From Eimeria praecox (Eukaryota), in assembly GCA_963920595.1 (NCBI GenBank), contig OY986948.1:2356001-2420000 (forward strand): a DNA stretch of 64,000 bases, given 5' to 3'. A program made the position numbers and the translations under genes. Shown piece by piece: positions 54,201 through 64,000 of this stretch. The stretch's first letter is position 1, and each line of letters begins with the position of its first letter. The notes beneath the pieces were generated by a model, which was not told the DNA's origin, made no database searches, and worked only from the letters and a program-made list of their open reading frames with translations.

Positions 54201-56365
54201 CAGCGCCCACTAATCAGTAGGTGCTCGTTGCATCTTGCGCATAGCGGCACCTAAACAAGTCCTCAAGCGAAATGGTACAAAATCACCGCTTGTTGCAGTT
54301 ACGGCTTAATCTAAGTGCTTGCTTGCAGCATACGTATGTGCAACCTGCCTTCAACCTACACGATTCCCTTAAACAACCAAACGTTCTCGCACCTCCTGCA
54401 TCAGAGCATAGTTCCTACGATAATGACCGTGCTTCACAAGCGCTTGCTTGTTCGTCTGATGCCCTTCGGTGCTTCTCCCGGTCATCATCACCTCTCACGC
54501 AAACGCAAAATAAGCAACTTGGCATACTAGCCTGCGTCTGCTCGCTTTACGGCCTCACACATGTATCGTAACGGCTCCATGGCATCGCACCGCCAACACA
54601 CCAAGGTAAACAAACTGAATCACGCAGTTCGGTGTCACTTTCTGAGCACCTCAGCTCCACAATACCATGCCCGACAAAGCCTTAGCACTAGCTGTGAACA
54701 GCCAGGCATTAGCGGTAGGGGTTTTGCACAGACAAACTCTACAAAATGAGGCACGCCCAGATTCTGCCTCCCATTCTGCCCTGCGGTACTACACAGGTGA
54801 CAAACTACAAGGCCATCAACCAACAACGCTAAAGCCACCCTGAGCTCCGACTCTGAAAATATCTGCTGCCAAAGTTGGACAAGCCACACCCTTGTTGCGG
54901 CCGCCGAGCGAGATCACAATTTGCTGGCTCTGCAATGCATCTTGCTCTTGGAAAATCGCAAGTGACCTCTTTGTCAACAGCTGAGGGAACAACCGGCCTT
55001 TACACTCAACAAGTCCGCAAGTGCCCGACTGACAAATTCTGTATGCGTAACAAGCATGCGACCCTTTGAAATTTGACCGGGCATCTGCGGAGACGTGACT
55101 CACAAGCTGCGTCCAGTGCCTCCAAGTAACATCTGACCCGAAATAAAGCTGTTTACCATCTCGTCTGAGCCACTAAATTCGCAGGCCTAGCCGTTGCTAT
55201 GAGGAAATCCTGCTGCATGGATCCGCACTAATTATGCTTCGCGCTGGGCGATTCAAAACACTTGCGCACCTGCCCTACCAGCGCGCGTATACCAACGCTC
55301 GCCCGGCACAAAAGCTGGACCCATCAAGCCACAGGCACACACAAGCACATGTGTGTCAAGCAAAGCTCACACGCCAATTGGTGCAACTGCAGGAAATAGA
55401 CCTGGCTTGACAGGCGCCAAAACGCTGCCGCATATAAGCAGGAAATCCCGTTATGCAGAGGTAGGTATATCATGCGTAGCAAAGCTCGCTTCTCCAATGC
55501 TTGCGATTTCCTTTTCGCATAGATGCCTGTTAATGAGCTGGTCAGAAATCGAAGGGTCAAGCTGAAATTTAGGCTTGCCTTCAGGAAATCTCTACTCTGA
55601 ACTAGGACCGCAGCCCTCACCTCACCAAAATGCAGGTTATAGAGGCTGCCCAAACATTGTGGTGACCAGGGCTGCATGCTGCAGATGCAATGCCTGATCT
55701 TCATGCTTTCACATTGCTTTAGGCTCTGCCTGAATCCTTGAATCCTTTTGGAACGATGGCAAACCCGCGACTCCCCGGCTACATAATGCACGTGACCCGC
55801 TCCAGACACCAACTCACGCTCTACAGTAACACAGCATTAGTGTAAGGGCATGCTCGGTCATGTGCTTTGACGTGCGCACAGCCAGTTATTCTCCCAGCGA
55901 ACCGTTGGCATTACGCTCAGCAGATGAAATCTACACCCATATCTCATGTACTCTCCATCCAAGTCGTCGAAGACGCCTTCGGCCAACCATCACGAAACGC
56001 TTTAACACTTGTGAGCGTACAGGCACTTCAACGTATAACTAAGCATGTAACTAAGCATCGTCCAGTCAGAGATGCATGCAAAATAGGGGTACGTAGCAGC
56101 GCTCGGAAGAAAAGAAAACCCATTGTGACAGGCTATGCCCTGCCAGATTTTCGTTAGACCCTAACTCCTGCAAAGCTGCGCCGCAAAGCCTGTCAGGCGG
56201 CATGCTGAGATTCTCTACAAATTCTTGTGACTTCATCGCTGGCACACCAACTCACCTTCTGCCAAAATAATTCAGGGCAGTCTAGCAGAGATCGGCTGCA
56301 ACTCCCAGCTTTACCATCCATCGCAGCTGGCAACTCACACAGCCAACCAACCAACCAACGCGGTA
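51214..56365. repeat. Repeat copy 11 (5152 bp), variant with replaced internal segment
   Basis: Anchor spacing. 53010-53972 differs from the standard unit. Confidence 0.97.
53010..53972. other. Second copy of the 963-bp type B segment
   Basis: Same junctions exactly 5152 bp downstream. I see three substitutions relative to 47858-48820. Confidence 0.93.
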
Positions 56366-59300
56366 AACGCAAGCACAAATTGCGCCTGCTTGAGCCCTGC
56401 AATGCCGTCAAACCACGCGTCCACACACGCTCTGTAAGGTCAGTCCAACCTATGCGTCATGAAAGCTATCGCCAGGTTGTTGGTTCGTCCTCAGTGCCGC
56501 ATGTTTATATCCGTTCGCACAAAAGCGACAAGCGGTATCGAGCTGAGCATAACAAGTGGTCTGTACGACCCAAAGCGTCATATCCTCCACTTCCACTGCT
56601 AGTCGTGCACAAGGCCTTCTTAGTGGCGGGATCTGCTATGGCCGAACGCCTGCCAATAATGGAGACAGAAGTGAGTTTACACAATTGGAACGTGCCCAGC
56701 GTCCCGCTCAAGCCATTATTCATAGTGGCTGGTACGAACAAACAATGCTTGCGACCAAGTCACAGTGTTACCTCCAGGGCCCTTCACAAGTCAAAAGTGA
56801 AGGGCACTAGTTAGCGGATTCGTGCTTCCTAGAACTACCAAGGGCCGCCTTGATGTGAAGCACCGTAGTGAGCGACTTCCACTGTAAGTTGCCGACCCAG
56901 AAGGGCAAGCAGACAAGGAGCTGAGAAGAGCCTTTGAGGAAGCAGTGAGCAGTTCGGCGCAGAGCAACGCCAATGCTGTGGACAGGCCAGCAGATGCAGC
57001 ATGCGCAGCTTAAAAAGGAGCCTTGTACCATTGCCAAGGGTGTTAGTAGGATGCACGGCAAGATTGAAGGACACGCCCATCGAAGTCCAAAACCTTCTCC
57101 GCGCGATTCCCATTCTTCACGCCGGTTTCGGGCCCGGCCATCTCGTAAATTCCGTCTTCCCAATTCACTTCAAATTCCATCCTAATGGACTAACAACTCA
57201 AGCTGAAGCAGCACGCTCCTGCGCCTGATAGTAATGCAGCCACTAGCTGGTTTATATAGCCGAGTTCCTCAGTACACCAATGCACTGAGGCGATTCCAGC
57301 GTTACTTCGAGGCGCCCCAAGCACCTTCAACTGTTTTCATATGATGTTGCAAAACAACATACCTCCTGAAGGGCCGAGCAGAATTACCATGATGACCGTT
57401 GCACAAGCGCTTCCAGATGAGGCGAACAGATCCCTCCTCACTCAGCCGCTCAGCATCACTGCAATATCACCGCACCTATCAGAACTGAATCGTCACCTCA
57501 ACTTCTGCAAGCAGAGCACCTGCACGAAAAGGACGCTGTTAGAACATCGCACTGCGACCCTTCACCGGCAGAGCAGCGTATCTTCAACTGAGTGGTGAGC
57601 GATCAATAACATCGTCGATGGTTTGAAACCCCCCTCTCTGCTGCTGCCATATATGCGCAGGGGCGCTAGATCAACATTAGTGGCGCCTGCAGCCCAATGT
57701 ATTATACCTTTCTACTCAACTGGCGCAGCTGAGGCGGCCATGCAGGCGCGCTACTAGGATTCCGCCCTTAGTGTTGTCAGTGCTGTCTTTTGTTCTAGCG
57801 ATCCAGCTTACCGCCTGTCCTTCATCCCCTTACGCACGATAGCGAACGGTAGAGCGATCCTGCGGATCGTGGGACGGGAAGCAGCAACACTGAGAGAGGG
57901 GCGCTGTAAATATGTGTCGGGCCCGCAACACTGCTGCCTGCAGAAGGTCCAGCCCCCAAGAAAGCATCGCTAACACATGCCAGCGGCACGTCGGACACGC
58001 ACAACGGGCAAATACAAGCCCTCGTCGCCTTGCAGAGTTTCCAAAGGTCCCACAGATCCGCACAGTACACACGTACGTGGCACCCAAGGACTAGTGGGCA
58101 GCCCACACGCTGCCCATTCCTGTCCGCTGGTTGCTTTGCAAGACGAAAGACATGTCCTTGTCCTGTGATGCGTCAAGCAGAGAAGCTGAACGAGCATTTA
58201 GCAAAGACCGCACAAATCAAACAGATGCCCTACACCTCAGCTGAGACACACTGGAAACCGAGCTCTCAATTCCCAGGAATCCTTTGGCCAAATCGCTAAC
58301 GCGTACAAAGCCTAACAGCAGGGCCTGACTTCCCTTGGAATGCCTTTGACTTGTGCATTGTCCAAACGTGCCACGTAATCATCTTAGATCAATTACGCGG
58401 GAAACCTTGCATTGTGGCTTTTGACCGTCACCAGCAAATATGTGATGAGCAATGCCAGAAGGAGGAGCGCGCCTACTACCACAAAAACCTAAATGTCAGG
58501 CAAACAGTCAAGGGAATTCAGCAGCCCGCAACCTCAAGAACAGTGTGTTTCCTCCTCCTCTTGAGATCAACCGGCGTGCAAGTTTGTATGTTGCCCCCTA
58601 CCAATCCTCTCAAAATAGTCCTACGGCAGCCGCTGTTGTTGTTTACCAAAACTCAGCATGGAGATGACGCACATTCTAAAACCTCATTGGACTAGGAAAG
58701 CCGCATTCAGTAGCTGACGCGTATTGAAAGCGAACGGGTGCGAAAAAAGACACACCTCCCTGCGTCCAGCCGACTTCTGTCGCATGCCTCATCCCCAGCA
58801 CGAGGCCAACGTAAACCAACGGAAACAGCGGGGAGCATGCTATCGCTAGTCTACACCCAAATACGCTTGTTCTGCGTCCCTACAAACTAGCACTGATTCG
58901 CTCAAATGGCTCACCAAGCAATACGCTAGAAGCAAGCTAAATCGCAAAACGTACAACTGTTCCATACCGCCTACAGTGGTCCCTCCCTAACCCTGGAAAA
59001 TGCGGGAGCACTCGTCCCGCACAAACAAGTAAATTAGCTTGCATGTAAGAAGCCTCAAATCGGGGGCTTCCACTTGCTCTCGACACTGACGCCACAAGGA
59101 AAATCACTTCTCCACTTCGATAACTGAACCGATGCTCTCGCACCAAACTAAGAGCTCATGAACTGTCTCACTGAACTAGCTGACAACTAAGGACGGTGGG
59201 ATCGAAAACATGGCCAGCAGCTTCCGGTTTGCTGTTTCAAACGGTTTCCGCCCTGCAACTAACAGTCAACCAAAGACGGCGGAGGGCAGCAACGTGCAGG

Positions 59301-61471
59301 AGCTATTCAGCGCCCACTAATCAGTAGGTGCTCGTTGCATCTTGCGCATAGCGGCACCTAAACAAGTCCTCAAGCGAAATGATACAAAATCACCGCTTGT
59401 TGAAGTTACGGCTTAATCTAAGTGCTTGCTTGCCGCATACGTATGTGCAACCTGCCTTCAACCTACACGATTCCCTTAAACAACCAAACGTTCTCGCACC
59501 TCCTGCATCAGAGCATAGTTCCTACGATAATGACCGTGCTTCACAAGCGCTTGCTTGTTCGTCTGATGCCCTTCGGTGCTTCTCCCGGTCATCATCACCT
59601 CTCACACAAACGTAAAATAAGCAACTTGGCATACTAGCCTGCGTCTGCTCGCTTTACGGCCACACACATGTATCGGAACGGCTTCATGGCATCGCACCGC
59701 CAACACACCAAGGTAAACAAACTGAATCACGCAGTTCGGTGTCACTTTCTGAGCACCTCAGCTCCACAATACCATGCCCGACAAAGCCGTAGCACTAGCT
59801 GTGAGCAGGCAGGCATTAGCGGTAGGGGTGTTGCACAGGCAAACTCTACAAAATGAGGCACGCCCAGATTCTGCCTCCCATTCTGCCCTGCGGTACTACA
59901 CAGGTGACAAACTACAAGGCCATTAACCAACAACGCTAAAGCCACAATGAGCTCCGACTCGGAAAATATCTGCTGCCAAAGTTGGACAAGCCACACCCTT
60001 GTTGCGGCCGCCGAGCGAGATCACAATTTGCTGGCTCTGCAATGCATCTTGCTCTTGGAAAATCGCAAGTGACCTCTCTGTCAACAGCTGAGGGAACAAC
60101 CGGCCTTTACACTCAACAAGTCCGCAAGTGCCCGACTGAGAAATTCTGTATGCGTAACAAGCATGCGACCCTTTGATATTTGACCGGGCATCTGCGGAGA
60201 CTTGACTCACAAGCTGCGTCCAGTGCCTCCAAGTAACATCTGGCCCGAAATAAAGCTGTTTACCATCTCGTCTGAGCCACTAAATTCGCAGGCCCAGCCG
60301 TTGCTGTGAGGAAATCCTGCTGCATGGATCCGCACTAATTATGCTTCGCGCTGGGCGATTCAAAACACTTGCGCACCTGCCCTACCAACGCTCGTATACC
60401 AACGCCCGCCCGGCACAAAAGCTGGTCCATCAAGCCACAGGCACACACACGCACATGTATGTCAAGCAAAGCTCACACGCCAATTGGTGCAACTGCAGGA
60501 AATAGACCTGGCTTAACAGGCACCAAAACGCTGCCGCATATAAGCAGGAAATCCCGTTATGCAGAGGTAGGTATATCATGCGTAGCAAAGCTCGCTTCTC
60601 CAATGCTTGCGATCCCCTTTTCGCATAGATGCCTGTGAATGAGCTGGTCAGAAATCGAAGGGTCAAGCTGAAATTTAGGCTTGCCTTCAGGAAATCTCTA
60701 CTCTGAACTAGGACCGCAGCCCTCACCTCACCAAAATGCAGGTTATAGAGGCTGCCCAAACATTGTGGTGACCAGGGCTGCATGCTGCAGATGCAATGCC
60801 TGATCTTCATGCTTTCACATTGCTTTAGGCTCTGCCTGAATCCTTGAATCCTTTTGGAACGATGGCAAACCCGCGACTCCCCGGCTACATAATGCAGGTG
60901 ACCCGCTCCAGACACCAACTCACGCTCTACAGTAACACAGCATTAGTGTAAGGGCATGCTCGGTCATGTGCTTTGACGTGCGCACAGCCAGTTATTCTCC
61001 CAGAGAACCGTTGGCATTACGCTCAGCAGATGAAATCTACACCCATATCTCATGTACTCTCCATCCAAGTCGTCGAAGACGCCTTCGGCCAACCATCACG
61101 AAACGCTTTAACACTTGTGAGCGTACAGGCACTTCAACGTATAACTAGGCATGTAACTAAGCATCGTCCAGTCAGAGATGCATGCAAAATAGGGGTACGT
61201 AGCAGCGCTCGGAAGAAAAGAAAACCCATTGTGACAGGCTATGCCCTGCCAGATTTTCGTTAGACCCTAACTCCTGCACAGCTGCGCCGCAAAGCCTGTC
61301 AGGCGGCATGCTGAGATTCTCTACAAATTCTTGTGCCTTCATCGCTGGCACACCAACTCACAATCCAACAAACTAATTCAGGGCAGTCTTGCAGAGATCG
61401 GCTGCAACTCCCAGCTTTACCATCCATCGCAGCTGGCAACTCGCTCAGCCAACCAACCCACCAACGGGGTA
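56366..61471. repeat. Repeat copy 12 (5106 bp)
   Basis: Anchor spacing. Standard internal segment with a single 14-bp motif. Confidence 0.97.
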
Positions 61472-64000
61472 AACGCAAGCACAAATTGCGCCTGCTTGAG
61501 CCCTGCAATGCCGTCAAAGCACGCGTCCACACACTCTCTGTAAGGTCAGTCCAAGCCATGCGTCATGAAAGCTATCGCCAGGTTGCTGGTTCGTCCTCAG
61601 TGCCGCATGTTTGTATCCGTTCGCACAAGAGCGACAAACGGTATCGAGCTGAGCATGAACTAGTGGACTGTACGACCCAAAGCGTCATATCCTCCACTTC
61701 CACTGCTAGTCGTGCACAAGGCCTTCTTAGTGGCGGGATCTGCTATGGCCGAACGCCTGCCAATAATGGAGGTACAAGTGAGTTTACACAATTGGAACGT
61801 GCTCAGCGTCCCGCGCAAGCCATTATTCATAGTGGCTGGTACGAACAAACAATGCTTGCGACCAAGTCACAGTGTCGCCTCCAAGGCCCTTCACAAGTCA
61901 AAAGTGAAGGGCACTAGTTAGCGGATTCGTGCTTCCTAGAACTACCAAGGGCCGCCTTGCTGTGAAGCACCGTAGTGAGCGACTTCCACTGTAAGTTGCC
62001 GACCCAGAAGGGCAAGCAGACAAGGAGCTGAGAAGAGCCTTTGAGAAAGCAGTGAGCAGTTCGGCGCAGAGCAACGCCAATGCTGTGGACAGGCCAGCAG
62101 ATGCACCATGCGCAGCTTAAAAAGGAGCCTTGTACCGTTGCCAAGGGTGTTAGTAGGATGCACGGCAAGATTGAAGGACACGCCCATCGAAGTCCAAAAC
62201 CTTCTCCGCGCGATTCCGATTCTTCACGCCAGTTTCGAGCCCGGCCATCTCGTAAATTCCGCCTTCCCAATTCACTTCAAATTCCATCCTAATGGACTAA
62301 CAACTCAAGCTGAAGCGGCACGCTCCTGCGCCTGATAGTAATGCAGCCACTAGCTGGTTTATATAGCCGAGTTCCTCAGTACACCAATGCACTGAGGCGA
62401 TTCCAGCGTTACTTCGAGGCGCCACAAGCACCTTCAACTGTTTTCATATGATGCTGCAAAACAACATACCTCCTGAAGGGCCGAGCAGAATTACCATGAT
62501 GACCGTTGCACAAACGCTTCCAGATGAGGCGAACAGATCCCTCCTCACTCAGCCGCTCAGCATCACTGCAATATCACCGCACCTATCAGAACTGAATCGT
62601 CACCTCAACTTCTGCAAGCAGAGCACCTGCACGAAAAGGACGCTGTTAGAACATCGCACTGCGACCCTTCACCGGCAGAGCAGCGTATCTTCAACTTAGT
62701 GGTGAGCGATCAACGGCATTGTCGATGGTTTGAAACCCCCCTCTCTGCTGCTGCCATATATGCGCAGGGGCGCTAGATCAACATTAGTGGCGCCTGCAGC
62801 CCAATGTATTATACCTTTCTACTCAACTGGCGCAGCTGAGGCGGCCATGCAGGCGCGCTACTAGGATTCCGCCCTTAGTGTTGTCAGTGCTGTCTTTTGT
62901 TCTAGCGATCCAGCTTACCGCCTGTCCTTCATCCCCTTACGCACGATAGCGAACGGTAGAGCGATCCTGCGGATCGTGGGACGGGAAGCAGCAACACTGA
63001 GAGAAGGGCGCTGTAAATATGTGTCGGGCCCGCAACACTGCTGCCTGCAGAAGGTCCAGCCCCCAAGAAAGCATCGCTAACACATGCCAGCGGCACGTCG
63101 GACACACAGGACGGGCAAATACAAGCCCTCGTCGCCTTGCAGAGTTTCCAAAGGCCGCACAAATTCGCACAGTACACACGGACGTGGCACCCAAGGACTA
63201 GTGGGCAGCCCACACGATGCCCATTCCTGTCCGCTGGTTGCTCTGCAAGACGAAAGGCATGTCCTTGTCCTGTGATGCGTCAACCAGAGAAGCTGAACGA
63301 CCATTTAGCAAAGACCGCACAAATCAAACAGATGCCCTACACCTCAGCTGAGAGACACTGGAAACCGAGCTCTCAATTCCCAGGAATCATTTGGCCAAAT
63401 CGCTAACGCGTACAAAGCCTAACAGCAGGGCCTGACTTCCCTTGGAATGCCTTTGACTTGTGCATTGTCCAAACGTGCCACGTAATCATCTTAGATCAAT
63501 TACGCGGGAAACCTTGCATTGAGGCTTTTGACCGTCACCAGCAAATATGTGATGAGCAATGCCAGAAGGGGGAGCGCGCCTACTACCACAAAAACCTAAA
63601 TGTCAGGCAAACAATCAAGGGAATTGAGCAGCTCGCAACCTCAAGAACAGTGTGTATCTTCCTCCAAATGATATCAACCGGCGTGCAAGTTGTATGTTGC
63701 CCCCTACCAATCCTCTCAAAATAGTCCTACAGCAGCCGCTGTTGTTGTTTACCAAAACTCAGCATGGCCATGACGCACATTCTAAACCCTCATTGGACTA
63801 GGAAGGCCGCATTCAGTAGCTTACGCGTATTGAAAGCGAACGGGTGCGAAAAAAGACACACCTCCTTGCGTCCAGCCGACTTCTGCCGCATGCCTCATCC
63901 CCAGCACGAGGCCAACGTAAACCAACGGAAACAGCGGGGAGCATGCTATCGCTAGTCTACACCCAAATACGCTTGTTCTGCGTCCCTACAAACTAGCACT
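61472..64000. repeat. Repeat copy 13 (partial, truncated by window end)
   Basis: Matches the first ~2.5 kb of the unit. Confidence 0.97.

Larger units (their letters stand above)
1..64000. repeat. Tandem array (macrosatellite) of ~5.1 kb unit, ~12.5 head-to-tail copies, open at both window ends
   Basis: The anchor AACGCAAGCACAAATTG (variant in copy 10) recurs at 1, 5129, 10257, 15380, 20504, 25612, 30715, 35819, 40940, 46062, 51214, 56366 and 61472. The MMLQNN ORF recurs at 977, 6105, 11233, 16356, 21480, 26588, 31691, 36794, 41915, 47037, 52189, 57341 and 62448. All copies are in the same orientation with no spacer. Unit phase is arbitrary and set by the window start. Confidence 0.99.

Noticed and set aside
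54315..54530. LMPFG word resembling the Ty3/Gypsy reverse-transcriptase MPFGL motif
   Set aside because: Present in only two copies (the others read MPSG or TPSG), with no downstream YxDD or other RT motifs in frame.
1..64000. rDNA, 5S, snRNA, SL-RNA, tRNA or histone array, or CRISPR
   Set aside because: I found none of the hallmark sequences by eye and no short repeat-spacer structure. A covariance-model search is needed for full exclusion.

Overview
The whole 64 kb window is one head-to-tail tandem array (macrosatellite) of a ~5.1 kb unit. It holds 12 full copies (5103-5152 bp) plus about half a copy, and it runs off both ends. Copies are near-identical by eye but carry many shared SNPs and indels. 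I recognise no protein-coding gene, rRNA, tRNA, snRNA, CRISPR array or transposon protein motif. The ORF track is the same set of short, overlapping ORFs repeated in each unit, and several are broken in subsets of copies, so the unit looks non-coding (a spliced gene cannot be excluded). The most notable feature is in copies 10 and 11, where a ~933 bp internal segment is replaced at the same position by a 963 bp highly diverged but colinear homolog (78/117 identity in a gap-free stretch counted by hand), with sharp junctions to near-identical flanks. Other signals are mosaic variant tracts shared by non-adjacent copies, a perfect-hairpin variant in copies 1-2, GCATGC enrichment, A+C strand skew and weak hints of an ancient internal duplication. 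The source is probably eukaryotic and CpG is not visibly depleted; the taxon cannot be assigned from the sequence alone.
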